Below, piece after piece: positions 30,724 to 44,200 of a stretch of 64,000 bases of DNA; within the stretch, counting starts at the first letter, position 1, and each line of letters starts with the position of its first letter. The notes under the pieces were generated by a model that was given only the letters and a program-made list of their open reading frames with translations, was not told where the DNA came from and made no database searches. The stretch lies in NCBI GenBank assembly GCA_037917685.1, contig JAVCBU010000011.1:77489-141488 (forward strand), read 5' to 3'. A program made the translations under genes and the position numbers. This DNA is from Thermoproteota archaeon. GTDB taxonomy: Archaea; Korarchaeota; Korarchaeia; Korarchaeales; JAOZGB01.

Positions 30724-31319
30724 AGGATACAAATATCATTGTAGCCGGCGTAGGGGGGCAGGGGATTCTTTTCACAACGAATGTAATAGTAAATGCTGCC
30801 CTCTATAAAGGGTTGGAATTCGCCCAAAGCGAGGTTCACGGCCTAGCCCAGAGATATGGGTCTATCCATACAGAGATCAGAATAGGCTCAGGGGTTAAGA
30901 GCTCACTTATCTTGGAGGGGACATTGGACCTTTTGATAGCTATGGAACCATTAGAATCTATGAGGTATGCAAGGTACATATCCAGGAGAACTACAATAGT
31001 TTCGAACAGCCATATAATTCCATCGCAGGCAGCATACCATGAAAACCTGGAAATACCAACAATAGATGAGATAAGACAAGCATTAGACAAGCTTAAACCT
31101 GGGAGAAGGGTTTTCTTGGATGCTACCAGCCTTGCGATGAAGAAACTAGGGGATCCATTCTTCACCAACACCGTAATGCTAGGCGCAGCTGCCGCGTTTA
31201 AAGTGATGCCTTTAACACCAGAAGACCTCGAGAAAGCCCTGGAAAAGGTGAGCCCGGAAAGGTATAGGGAACAGAATCTAAAAGCTTTCAGGATAGGCAT
31301 GGAGGCAGTAACAGATTAA
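30720..31319 (+). CDS. iorB: Indolepyruvate:ferredoxin oxidoreductase beta subunit
   Basis: GVGGQG, EVHGLAQR and NTVMLGA; ATGA overlap with iorA. Confidence 0.94.
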   Translation: MKDTNIIVAGVGGQGILFTTNVIVNAALYKGLEFAQSEVHGLAQRYGSIHTEIRIGSGVKSSLILEGTLDLLIAMEPLESMRYARYISRRTTIVSNSHIIPSQAAYHENLEIPTIDEIRQALDKLKPGRRVFLDATSLAMKKLGDPFFTNTVMLGAAAAFKVMPLTPEDLEKALEKVSPERYREQNLKAFRIGMEAVTD

Positions 31320-31436
31320 TGTTCTTTTCAGAAGGCTAAACCCATAGCTACTCTAAGTGTAAACTTCAGATTCGTAGAATGGGTGCAAAATGTTATTATA
31401 GGGCTTAGCCTAATCCATATTTAGAAGTATTCCGAG

Positions 31437-31838
31437 TTGAGGAGTTTGAAATGTAAACCCGGATGCGTAAAATGCTGCCTTAACACAGAAATGGTTCTTA
31501 CAGAGTCTGATGTTGAGAGACTCACTAAAAAGGGCTATGCCAGGGAGTACTATGCTGAATATAGGAATGGCTATCTAAGGCTTAAAAATGTCAATGGTAG
31601 ATGTGTATTTCTCCGTGAAAACGGCACCTGTAGAATCTATAAGGTTAGGCCTATAGGCTGCAGGCTTTATCCAGTCATCTACGACCTCGACGAGGATATT
31701 GTAAGAGTAGACGAAGAATGTCCTGCTAGAGACACCATCTCGGTTGAAGAGTTCAGCAGAGCTGCAAGGATACTCCTGAGAGCTGCATCTGAAGTAGTAA
31801 GATCAAAGAACATGATTGAAGCTGAACAAAAAATCTAG
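31437..31838 (+). CDS. YkgJ-family (CxxCxxCC-type) cysteine cluster protein
   Basis: CKPGCVKCC, CVFL and CRIYKVRPIGCRLYP. Confidence 0.88.
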   Translation: MRSLKCKPGCVKCCLNTEMVLTESDVERLTKKGYAREYYAEYRNGYLRLKNVNGRCVFLRENGTCRIYKVRPIGCRLYPVIYDLDEDIVRVDEECPARDTISVEEFSRAARILLRAASEVVRSKNMIEAEQKI

Positions 31839-32236
31839 TCGAAGCAGAGAGCTACCTCTGATATCTGTAGGGATCTCCCCGCCTTTATTGTGTAATTAGT
31901 AGACCCGCATGAGGGACAAGTAAATAATTGAAGTTGAAGTAGAAGATCTGGAAATAAGTGTGCAGAATTTAAATTGTTGCTTCTAGGCTTAGAGCTCCAC
32001 TCAAAGCTGCAGTCATTACATTTTAGTAGAGGATCCTCCCACTCTATCTTTACATCCATCCCCTCAGCCCTGGTACCTTTGGAGAAGACTTCTAACGCAA
32101 ACTTCAGAGAATCCTCATCTACCATCCTAAGTTTGCCTATCTTCAATTTTATCCATTTTATCCTAGCATTCGGCCTTCTAGACATCATCCCATTTAGGGA
32201 TCGAAGAATGGACAATGCTATACTGGACTCATGCAC
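31835..32236 (-). CDS. hypA: Hydrogenase nickel metallochaperone HypA
   Basis: N-terminal MHE; CNDC and CPSC zinc sites. Confidence 0.9.
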   Translation of the reverse strand: MHESSIALSILRSLNGMMSRRPNARIKWIKLKIGKLRMVDEDSLKFALEVFSKGTRAEGMDVKIEWEDPLLKCNDCSFEWSSKPRSNNLNSAHLFPDLLLQLQLFTCPSCGSTNYTIKAGRSLQISEVALCFD

Positions 32237-32249
32237 GATGCTGCACCAC

Positions 32250-33620
32250 TTAATGCTTTAGAAGTCTCTCTTCGTATTTTCTTAAGTATTCCATTGCTTC
32301 CCCTACGTCCATGAATAGATCATCCACCGCATTGACATCGTCCACCTCAACCTTATCCCGACTGTTTATCTTAGCTTTTTGAGCTGAAAGACTCAGTAGC
32401 TGCACTGAGTATCTAAGGCTTGTCTTCGTCCCAATCTCCGTTAGCCTCTCAAGGGCTTCATCTGAGAGTTCAACCTTCTCCTCGGCAGCTCTAATCTTAA
32501 GAATCTCCCTTATCTCTTCAGGCTTATACTCATGGGTTGCGATAATGACGGATCTGTCTATCAGGTCTAGTGGGAAGCCGAGTGGGCTTTTAACATCTGT
32601 GCCTCTGATCGTGGTTACTCCTCTGTTAGTTGCTAGTATTATTATTGGGACAAGCTCACTTTCCCTTGCCCTGCCAAGGAAGCTGAAGGCTTCGAGGTCT
32701 AGGAGATGTGAGTCGTCTATGAATAACACTCCTGGGTGGATATACGCTTTGCCCTCGTCAACCCATTGTTTAACCTGCTCGTCCACAGCCTGCCTAATCT
32801 CCGGATCAATCTCACGTTCTTCAGCACTGCCGAAGAGCAGGGAGAATACGCCGCCTCTCCGTCTTGCATTCATCTGATCGAGATCATGAAGTGTAAGCAT
32901 ATAGACAAATTCTTTCTCCTTTAGGACCTTTCCCTCCGGCCTAGGTACCTTTCTCCTGGTGTCAACGTCATAGGTCTTGCCAATCTGGCTTTCAAGGCAT
33001 ATACCAACGTCTGAAACCATTCCCGTCTCTGCATCTATCTGAATAACATGGCCTACTGTTATACCCTGCGATACTATCTGCTGTGCAATCTGTGCGCCAG
33101 CCTCTATGGTTTTTTCCTCGTCTTTCGTCTTCAAGGTGATCCTTACGCTCTCTGGGATTTTCTGGTATGGATTGTAGGGGTGTGGAGCCGTCCTTATATC
33201 AATATTCGTGATTTCACCTTCATAGACCTTCCTGTACTCGTGTATCTCCACGCCAATAGCCTTCCTTATAGCTTCCATTAGTATCTCTGTTTTCTTCCGC
33301 TCGCTACTATATATCTCACTACCACTCATCTGGATGAATGGAACGTTAGGCCCAAGCTCCCTGGAAATCGCGACAGCTATAGCTGTCTTACCAGTTCCAG
33401 GGGGACCTGCAATTATAATGGTTCTACCACTGAGCTTCCCCTCTTTAACCATCTGCACTATGAGGCCAGCTGCCTCCCTAGCCCTGGTCTGCCCAACCAT
33501 CCCGTCAGCGATGGGTTTGGCCTTAAGATTCTTATCAAGCCCAAGACCCTTAATGTGTGTATGCGCGCCTACTCTCTCCCATCTCTTAACAGCTGGGATC
33601 TCCTTGATAGACGACATCAC
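32250..33620 (-). CDS. TIP49/RuvBL AAA+ ATPase
   Basis: AHTHIKGLG, GPPGTGKT, GSEIYSSE, PGVLFIDD, ATNRG and TSLRY. Confidence 0.95.
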   Translation of the reverse strand: MMSSIKEIPAVKRWERVGAHTHIKGLGLDKNLKAKPIADGMVGQTRAREAAGLIVQMVKEGKLSGRTIIIAGPPGTGKTAIAVAISRELGPNVPFIQMSGSEIYSSERKKTEILMEAIRKAIGVEIHEYRKVYEGEITNIDIRTAPHPYNPYQKIPESVRITLKTKDEEKTIEAGAQIAQQIVSQGITVGHVIQIDAETGMVSDVGICLESQIGKTYDVDTRRKVPRPEGKVLKEKEFVYMLTLHDLDQMNARRRGGVFSLLFGSAEEREIDPEIRQAVDEQVKQWVDEGKAYIHPGVLFIDDSHLLDLEAFSFLGRARESELVPIIILATNRGVTTIRGTDVKSPLGFPLDLIDRSVIIATHEYKPEEIREILKIRAAEEKVELSDEALERLTEIGTKTSLRYSVQLLSLSAQKAKINSRDKVEVDDVNAVDDLFMDVGEAMEYLRKYEERLLKH

Positions 33621-34088
33621 TCATCACCCCAATGCTTAATTAAGATGTAGCCATTAATATTATGCAAGCCCAAACGTATAAAGCTGACGCCTACATGCAC
33701 TTAACGCCTACCTATATAACACCAAGGCCAAACTGAGCACGTGTGTGCGAAACTGAGCGCCATGAGTATTCCGCACTTATAACAGTTCTCTACGGCATCC
33801 TCGAAGACTGCGAACCTCTGCTTTCATCGGTCTGCGAGGGTGGATCCTATATATGGGCATTCGAAAAGATATCTGTAGTATTCCAAAAGGCGAAGTAATC
33901 CTAAACCTATTTTGTTTATTGGGATAACTGTGATTGTCATAGCAGTATTCCTACTTGTTACATTCTGCGGTGAGATCCCTTGTTAAAGGCAGCAATGTTC
34001 AAAATATGTAGATCTAACAGGAAAATAGCTTTCCCCCACCTATTTCCGAACATCAACTTTTAAAAGAGTTTTCCTATCGCATAGTGGT

Positions 34089-34484
34089 ATGGATAGCTGT
34101 ACATTCTGCAGGATAATCAGGGGTTTAAGTCCGGCCGCCTTTGTCTACAAGGATGAATTTGCAGTAGCGTTCATGGATAGGTTTCCGCTATCGAAAGGAC
34201 ATGTTCTAGTAGTCCCCAAAAAACACTATGAACAGATATATGATATGGGTATAGAGGATGCTGTAAGACTTTTCAAAGTGGCATATCGGGTTGCAGGTAT
34301 GATTCAGAAGGTGCTAGAGCCAGATGGCATGAGGATTCTTCAAAACAATGGGGGTGCCGCTGGCCAAGTTATCCCTCATGTCCACTTTCACCTGATTCCA
34401 GCTTACTACCACGCTCCGCTAATGCGGAAGAGTGCATCTATGGAGGAGTTAGAAGAGATAGCGAGCCTCATTAGGGGAGGCTAA
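34089..34484 (+). CDS. HIT family hydrolase
   Basis: CTFC, GHVLVVPKKH and HVHFHLIP histidine triad. Confidence 0.95.
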   Translation: MDSCTFCRIIRGLSPAAFVYKDEFAVAFMDRFPLSKGHVLVVPKKHYEQIYDMGIEDAVRLFKVAYRVAGMIQKVLEPDGMRILQNNGGAAGQVIPHVHFHLIPAYYHAPLMRKSASMEELEEIASLIRGG

Positions 34485-34541
34485 AGTTAAATATACGAAT
34501 TATACATTAAAGTTAAAGGTTCTCCTATAGTTGCCTGGATT

Positions 34542-35966
34542 GTGAAGGGGCTAGGATTAGGATTTTATGATTTAGCGCCTCTCCTGATAATTACAGTACA
34601 CTTCCTAATGATTCCATTTCTGTGGGATGTGCTCCCAAGCGGGATGCCTGACACACCCTACCATTTGCTAATGGGGAAAATGTTCTCGGACCATGGGAGG
34701 GTGTGCCTATGGGACTACTACGAGTACGCCCCTGAAGGTAGGCCAAACCTTTACCCTCCACTCCTACACGTGATAATATGGCTTGCCCATGACGCCACTG
34801 GCGTAGACTACTGGACAATAGGGAAGGCTATATCCGCACTTCAGTATCCCCTCTCCCTACTGGCTATATGGCTATTTGCAAGGACTTTGTATGGAAAAGC
34901 TGTAGGAGCATACTCCACTGTTTTCGCCTCAACCGTTATGAGGTTTTGGTGGCAACAAGCTTCAGTAGCCCCTTCCTCAACCATCGCGATGCTGCTACCC
35001 CTTTACATGATTGCAGTGTTTCGAAGGAGTCAAGTAGGGATTTTTACACTCCTTACTTCCTTCCTGTACCTTCACCTGGGCTTTCCGCTTGTCATAATAC
35101 TTTGTACAGTGATATATGCCGTGATAATAAGAGATCGGGGGATTTTGAAGCCTATCATCGCGTCATTTGTAGTCTATTTGCCATGGCTTTTCCATCTATG
35201 GACATATCGAAGCTGGATTGGCGAAGGCGTAAGTGGAATGCGCGGTCTCAGAGTAGCCTGGGAAACAAATCTACTCTACTTATCATTCACAATCTTAGGC
35301 GTGGTTATAGCGATAATAAAGCTCAGAGAGAAAAGATATAATTTGACACTTGTTTTCTCAGCTGGAATGTTGGCTGTACTATTCGCCTACGGCTTCAGAT
35401 ATTTTTATCATTCCCCTCCCGTGAACTCGGTTCTGGCAGGGATAGGGGCTTTATGGATTGGTACAGCAATCTCAAAGAAGCTGAATATCAGGAGAGATTT
35501 GGTTTATGGTCTACTACTGGTCGGCTTGGCTTGCTTAACTTTCACGAAGCTACCGTACCTCCATCTTAGACCAGGTATCGGAGTTCACATGGGTGACTCC
35601 ATAACGTGCAAGCTCTTAGACCACGTATCAGGAGATAGCAGTTTCCCCTACGGCTGGAAATGGAACGATGATCCATACTTGCCCCTCATTATCAAGTGGA
35701 TAGAGGAAAATACAATGCCAAACACTATAATACACACTAGAAGTGGTATTTTAGGGGACTACCTAGCCCTACTCTCAGATAGAAGAACCAGCACAGGAAT
35801 GTTTGCGGAAGTGAAACCTGATTACTGGCAGCGAAAAATAAAACCGGATGGGGGAATTTTCATCTTTACAGAAGAGGAATACAATAGAATTCCACAGCAA
35901 GTTAAACGAAATGTAAGGATAGAGGTGGAATTCGGGCCCTACCTGATTGGAATCCCTAGAGTGTAG
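34542..35966 (+). CDS. Polytopic membrane protein, probable GT-C fold glycosyltransferase-like
   Basis: DTPYH after the first TM, GRPNLYPPLLH, many TMs and a soluble tail beginning KWIEENT. Confidence 0.6.
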   Translation: MKGLGLGFYDLAPLLIITVHFLMIPFLWDVLPSGMPDTPYHLLMGKMFSDHGRVCLWDYYEYAPEGRPNLYPPLLHVIIWLAHDATGVDYWTIGKAISALQYPLSLLAIWLFARTLYGKAVGAYSTVFASTVMRFWWQQASVAPSSTIAMLLPLYMIAVFRRSQVGIFTLLTSFLYLHLGFPLVIILCTVIYAVIIRDRGILKPIIASFVVYLPWLFHLWTYRSWIGEGVSGMRGLRVAWETNLLYLSFTILGVVIAIIKLREKRYNLTLVFSAGMLAVLFAYGFRYFYHSPPVNSVLAGIGALWIGTAISKKLNIRRDLVYGLLLVGLACLTFTKLPYLHLRPGIGVHMGDSITCKLLDHVSGDSSFPYGWKWNDDPYLPLIIKWIEENTMPNTIIHTRSGILGDYLALLSDRRTSTGMFAEVKPDYWQRKIKPDGGIFIFTEEEYNRIPQQVKRNVRIEVEFGPYLIGIPRV

Positions 35967-36169
35967 TTGAATGCGGGATGGTTTGTCCAATGCTTCTTCA
36001 CATCTGCAGTGTGTTCTAGCCTATTATTTTTCTTTAGATACTCCGTCAGCTTTTGAAAAATAGTCTTTCAGGTTCTTAATATTCTTGCGAGAAGATGTGG
36101 AGGATCGTGGCGGCTAAGCCATAGAATGCGAGATGAGCCTTCTCATCGTTCAATGTAATGTTTTGGAAC

Positions 36170-36571
36170 CTATAGTTCGATTAGTTTTACTTTCTTGCCG
36201 CCAATCTCCTTTATCCTTGAGTCCGTCGTCACAACGGTAGCTTTAAGCTTCTCCCCTGCAGCTAGCAGGTAACAGTCTGCAAGCGACAGGAAAGCGTAAT
36301 GTTTAAGTTTAAGCCTTGCTGCTTCAACTGTCAAGTCCTCGTCTACACCCACGATTCTGATTGGACTTCCTCTTATAAGCTTGTGCTTGACAATAGCAGA
36401 GTCCCACCCGAAAACCCTTGCATAGTTATACAGGAATTCAGCCATATTCATCTCTAACATATAAACTATTGAATGCTTCTGGTAGGCTGTGTTAACATAC
36501 GGTTTGGCATCCTCACGCCCAGCAAAGTATACCGCTAGGACTCCAGCGTCAAGAATGTACCTCTCCTTCAA
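36170..36571 (-). CDS. vapC: VapC PIN-domain toxin
   Basis: ILDAG, AEF, LSLADC and VVTTD; start set at the TTG at 36571 after GGAGG. Confidence 0.88.
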   Translation of the reverse strand: MKERYILDAGVLAVYFAGREDAKPYVNTAYQKHSIVYMLEMNMAEFLYNYARVFGWDSAIVKHKLIRGSPIRIVGVDEDLTVEAARLKLKHYAFLSLADCYLLAAGEKLKATVVTTDSRIKEIGGKKVKLIEL

Positions 36572-36797
36572 CTTCCATCCTCCTAGACTCTGAGATAAGC
36601 TTAGCAACCTTTAATGCCTTCTCACCATCAATGCCGTAAGCCTCTCTCAGAGATGAGGGGACGATTATGTATATCTTTTTGCCTTCAACAATCAGATCGA
36701 GATAGGAACCCTCAACTATACCAAGCCTTCTCCTGATCTCTGCAGGGATGACCACTAAACCCTTACTGTGGACCTTAACCTTATATCTAGCCTCCAC
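36549..36797 (-). CDS. vapB: AbrB/MazE-type antitoxin
   Basis: VKVHSKGLVVIPAEIRRRLGIVEG; overlaps the toxin gene. Confidence 0.88.
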   Translation of the reverse strand: MEARYKVKVHSKGLVVIPAEIRRRLGIVEGSYLDLIVEGKKIYIIVPSSLREAYGIDGEKALKVAKLISESRRMEVEGEVHS

Positions 36798-36806
36798 ACT
36801 ATTGAT

Positions 36807-36834
36807 GTTAAACCTTTATATATAAAAGATTAAC
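36807..36834. promoter_or_regulatory. vapBC promoter with an imperfect 28-bp palindrome centred on the TATA box
   Basis: GTTAAACCTTTATA|TATAAAAGATTAAC, 12 of 14 positions paired. Confidence 0.55.
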
Positions 36835-36862
36835 GTTAAACAAAAATATTTTGATGGAAATG

Positions 36863-39560
<2,698 letters not shown>

Positions 39561-39568
39561 GAGCATCA

Positions 39569-39586
39569 CCAATATCTAAATATTGG
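39569..39586. promoter_or_regulatory. Candidate heat-shock repressor operator upstream of hsp20
   Basis: Perfect inverted repeat CCAATAT-CTAA-ATATTGG just downstream of a minus-strand TTTATATA box. Confidence 0.65.
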
Positions 39587-40123
39587 TTAGATATATATAA
39601 ATTTATCCTGCCTCCTCAGAGCCTTAAGAATGGTCTGCCTTAACCATAGGAGGAAGGTAGTAGCTCCCTCCAACTCTACAAGAGCCCTGTCAATATCCTC
39701 CATAGCATCTGCGACAAGTCTAACAGCGTCTCCGAAAGGCAACCTCTCCAGCTGACCAACGAGCCGCTCTCCTTCTCTAACCAGTCTTAAGGTATCGTCA
39801 GATATTCTAGGCTTCCTCCCTGAGAGCTCGGTCCCAATCAACCTGAAAGCATGGTCACCAACACATATAGAGATGAGGAAAGAGTTTCTAAGCCTATAAT
39901 ACTTTCTAGGCTTACGACTCCCCACAGAGGATACCTCATAACTCTCGACAATACCATGCTCTTCAAGCTCCCTTAAATGTTTAAGTATTGCAGGCTGCGA
40001 AGCTACATCTCCAAGTTCCTTTGAAAGCTGGAAGAGATACCGAGGCTCCTCTGACAATAACTCTATTATCCTACGCCTAAGCCTATTTGACAGTATGAAC
40101 AGAATGTTATCTATAGTCTCCAT
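39587..40123 (-). CDS. ArsR/wHTH heat-shock regulator (Phr/HSR1-like)
   Basis: LSNRLRRRIIELL, SQPAILKHLRELEEHG and PRKYY; directly upstream of hsp20-cdc48. Confidence 0.82.
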   Translation of the reverse strand: METIDNILFILSNRLRRRIIELLSEEPRYLFQLSKELGDVASQPAILKHLRELEEHGIVESYEVSSVGSRKPRKYYRLRNSFLISICVGDHAFRLIGTELSGRKPRISDDTLRLVREGERLVGQLERLPFGDAVRLVADAMEDIDRALVELEGATTFLLWLRQTILKALRRQDKFIYI

Positions 40124-40143
40124 CCCCTATACTTATAAAGCGA

Positions 40144-40156
40144 CAATATCTAAATA
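40144..40156. promoter_or_regulatory. Second, partial copy of the heat-shock operator upstream of the regulator gene
   Basis: CAATATCTAAATA is identical to 39570-39582. Confidence 0.55.
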
Positions 40157-40317
40157 AATATTACTATTGAATGATCGTGTATACAACAATACAAACCAAT
40201 ATGCAGATAAGATGTTCAGCTCCGAGTCAAAAGGCAAACTTTCAGAGAGGATCTGAGAGGTTCGTAGCGCGCGCGATAACATAATCCTTTGTTAACAAAG
40301 CCCTAGTCCTACCTGTA

Positions 40318-41037
40318 TCATTCCCGGCTTTCCACCATGTGTAGGGCTTTTAGCGCTACATAGACAGGGAGGGGGGTGAGCCTCTTGAAGTTTAGGATGA
40401 ACCGGAGCGGTGACGTAGGCCCCACTATATCCGTGACAACCTTTACAACCCCGTATCTAATTCTAAATCTCTCACACACCTGAGCGAAAGCTGCAGACTC
40501 CATGTCAACTCCAACTACGCGTCTAAGCACGTTCATTCTTATGTCCCTCAGCGCGGATCTTTTCGCTGTGAACTTGTCCATTGTAAGCAGCGTTCCCTTC
40601 ACATAGTTGACTTCCAAGTTTTCTGCAGCCCGGATCAATGCGTCAAAAACGTCTTTTGAAGGTTTAAATCCCCTAAGAGATCTCGGCAGCTTATCATAGC
40701 TTGCAAAGTGTATTGAGCCGAGATCTGTTTCAAGGCATTGGTCGTAAAATGCTATAATGTCGGGTACAAGCAACATCCCAACCCTTAGTTTGGGCGTAGC
40801 TGAGCCCAGGGTTCCTACAAGTAGGGCTTTTCCAACGTTCAACTTTAAGGCTAGGATCGCTGTGAGAATAGACATGTTAACTTTTCCTATACCTGAGAAT
40901 GAAAGCAATAACTCATTACCGTTGTAAGAGGCTGATATTATCTTAAAACCGTGGATTTTCCGCTCACTCTTTATCTTCACATGGTTGTAGGCCGGCTTTA
41001 ATTCCCCTGGGAGAGCCGACACAATCGCGGTCTTCAC
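40318..41037 (-). CDS. MTA/SAH nucleosidase family protein
   Basis: SGIGKVN, VDMESAA and VTD motifs. Confidence 0.85.
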   Translation of the reverse strand: MKTAIVSALPGELKPAYNHVKIKSERKIHGFKIISASYNGNELLLSFSGIGKVNMSILTAILALKLNVGKALLVGTLGSATPKLRVGMLLVPDIIAFYDQCLETDLGSIHFASYDKLPRSLRGFKPSKDVFDALIRAAENLEVNYVKGTLLTMDKFTAKRSALRDIRMNVLRRVVGVDMESAAFAQVCERFRIRYGVVKVVTDIVGPTSPLRFILNFKRLTPLPVYVALKALHMVESRE

Positions 41038-41252
41038 AGAAGATTAACCATATCGTAATATAATTAAGAATATGTAGCTATCTACTAAAGTCCATCAATA
41101 AACTTGTAAACATATTTCGTAGTCATGTAGGTTCTCTAGGTCATATTGCCGCTATGGGAATACATCGTTGCCCTACGCTTCATAAGAGCTAAGGTAGCTT
41201 TAGCTTTTGAATCGGGATATTGGTTGCAGTTTCATTTTGATGTTTGCGGATG

Positions 41253-44200
41253 TTATGTAGGTGCCCATGTGTCTTCCGGCTGGTTGGAGAGTAGGCTGTA
41301 GTTTCTGGCTTCTTCTAGGCTTTCAGATACTGCAAATAGGAGGGTGTAGGTCCTGCGGGTTTTAGGCTTTAGGTGAAGGTACGCTGTCGCCAGGAGATTT
41401 CCGCCATACTCCTGCGACTCGTCGCCCATTATTACTTTAGCTGCACCCTCACGTGAGACGAGTGTTATGTACGGCCAACCTGAGGTGTTGTAGGCTATTA
41501 TATAGTTTCTTTCCGCCTGTGCCCATGCCATGTATCTGCCCTCCCTTCTCACTATTTCCCTCTCCCCCGGGAGTATGAACCTGTACTCTCCACCTGGCCT
41601 TTTCAACCTGAGGAAGAATCCTATGACTGGCGTGACATGCCTGTAAGCGTTAGTAGTGTTTTCCGCCGAGAACTTTATAAGGAGGAACCTTGCCATCTGC
41701 ATGGTTAGATATTCAACCCTGAGTTTTAAACCCCATATTCTATCATGCTCTTCTCTTTCAGGTGTGCACTCTGCAGCTATCCCAGCCCACTTTTCACCCT
41801 CTATCTTCTTTACAGTCCACTTCTCCCTTTGTAGGCTCCATCTCCACCTAGTCTGCTCGGTTCCGAACATGCATATTCCTCCAAGCCAGTTTCCGAACCA
41901 GCTGTACGGCCTGGGCTTTGGAAATGAAGAGTTTAGCAGTTCATCTCCCCCGGCCTTGAGGGAGAATAGTGGTGCTCCAAGCTCTTTACCCACGAGGTAC
42001 TCGAGATAGCCATTTCCAACCCTAAAAACCCTCGCCTCCTTGTACTTCTCCTCTGATATCTCAACCTTGCTCCCTCCACCTACATGGATGAGTGGGATGG
42101 ATTTCACCTGCAGGATTCCTTCAAGTTCGAGTTCAGCTGTGAGCCTGTAGGCTCCGGACCTGCAGTGAGGTTTTACCTCGAGGCTTCGGCGTAGAGGATT
42201 CTCAATATTTAGATTTTCAACCTTTACCAACGTTGGCTCTATGCTCCAGCCCTCAGGTGGTTTTAGCCTCACTGTCCCGCTTTGCCTCCTTAGTCTGAGG
42301 TTTTCCAGTGTTAGGTTAATCTTACCCTGGCCCCCTATTATTAGGGGGCTTAGTTTGAGCCTTACTGGCTCGTCGTAGCTTGGCGGCGTGTCTTCGTACT
42401 CTGCTGGTTTGCCTTTGAACATTCTCCTCCAGATTCTGCTTATATTAACCCATGATCCGGGTCCCACATAGTAGTATAGGGGTTCAGTCCAGTACTCAGA
42501 ATTAGGCTTAACCCTGACAGGGTATACGAAGGCTGCTCTTCCGCCGCCTATGTCAACCTCCTCCGGGCTTCTCCACAGGACAGCTGAAACCAAGCCCTTC
42601 TCCTTATCTTCCACCGCAATCCATCCCTCTCTATACTCACCCGGCTTCTTAGGTAGGTCTCCCTCCCAAAAGGGGAAGTCTCCCTCCGTAAATAACGTCC
42701 TTACCAGGCCCTTCTCCGATGGTATGGTGTAATATTTGCCAAAGCAGTTCAGCCAGCATCTGACTTTAACTTTAAACTCCGCCTCCCTCGTACTAGTGTT
42801 TTTAAAGCCGTATCTCAGCCTCACGAGGTGGGATCCCCTCGGTATAAGTATTTCCTTAACCATTCTAATGCCTGCTTGCTTCTTAGAGTCCGACTCCAAC
42901 CTTATTGTGAGTCCCTCCTTTGACTCCTGGACTTCAACCTTGAACTTTTTCCTTTCGAACTCCGATGGCCAGTATGGCGGTCCTAAGCCCTCAGCAATGC
43001 CTAGAACGCTATATGTAAGGGTTTTGCCGTCGAGTATCCTGACGTTTGAGCCTCTAATTGTCGGGACTTCGACTATTATGCTCTCATTCCCAGCTACGAG
43101 CTGGTTTCTAATTCCCTCGTAGCCGTAAAGGACTGTTGAGTGACTGTGAACCCTGACGTTATAGGTTATGGGCTTACATCTTACTTTTAGACCTCTTGCT
43201 TCAACATGTGGGATTAGCTTTAACATGTACAGCCCTGGGCCTTCCGGTTTAACCTTGACCCTGAAGCCTGAATGCTCTATAGGGGTCATAGAGATCTCAG
43301 CGCTGGTCCTGTCTAAGGCTATACCCGTCGGATGCGAAATATCTACTCTAACCCTGCAACTGTCTCTAATCTCGGACTTCAAGTCCACGTTTAGATACCC
43401 CTCACCACCCGACCACAGCGTGAAGGGGTGGGGGCTTATAGAGACAGCAACAGGCTGTTTTATCCTGATTCCGATGCAGAGGGGAACCCTTAACCCTGAA
43501 ATGTTCAGGGTAGACTTTACCCGCCATGCTTTCTCCTGTTCATCCCTATATTTCGCCTCCACCACAGGTTTAATTACGGCTTTAAAGGTGGCTTCCTCTC
43601 CAGGATTGACTGTAGCACTTTTAGGTGAGATAGGCCCTATCTCCGCATCTTCAGCCTCCACAGCCTCGATTGTAACCTTAAGCGGCTTATCATTCTTGTT
43701 CCTAATGATCCAAGTAACGTGTTGGGGGAAACCTGCAGGAGCATCCTGTTCTTCAATCATCATCCCAGCTTTAACCCTAGGAGTCTCCACTCCAGCTATG
43801 TCTCTGGCTTCCCTGTCCACAATTACAATGAGCTCCTCACTATCAGCCCTAAACCTATAGGGGAACGCTTTTATCCCTTCGTAGCGGTAGTCGTCGTCTT
43901 TAAGGTCTAACTTTCTAACCAGCCTTCCGTACCATGATGGATGGCTTAAGCCATGCACCCTTACAAACCTTCGGGTTAAGGGGTGGGTTAAGATGGCTGG
44001 AATGTAGTTCTGCATGTAAACGCTTGTTTTTGGAACCCAGTAGAAGCCTGTCTTTTTATATAGGGGGACGGCATTAATGTTTCCGCTCCAGGTGTGTAGG
44101 TCAACCCTCTTATATCCAAGTTTAATGCTCTCTCCAATAGCCCGTAGGAGTAGGCTCCTACCTATCCCCCTCCCCCTATAGTCAGGGTGAACATTGAGAA

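Noticed and set aside
32250-33620. TIP49 Walker B DDSH as a novel inactivation
   Set aside because: As I recall, Asp in place of Glu at this position occurs in other archaeal TIP49 proteins; not distinctive without an alignment.
33640-34080. Hidden gene or RNA in the long TIP49-HIT intergenic region (AAACTGAGC twice, a short hydrophobic frame)
   Set aside because: No convincing start, length or RNA structure.
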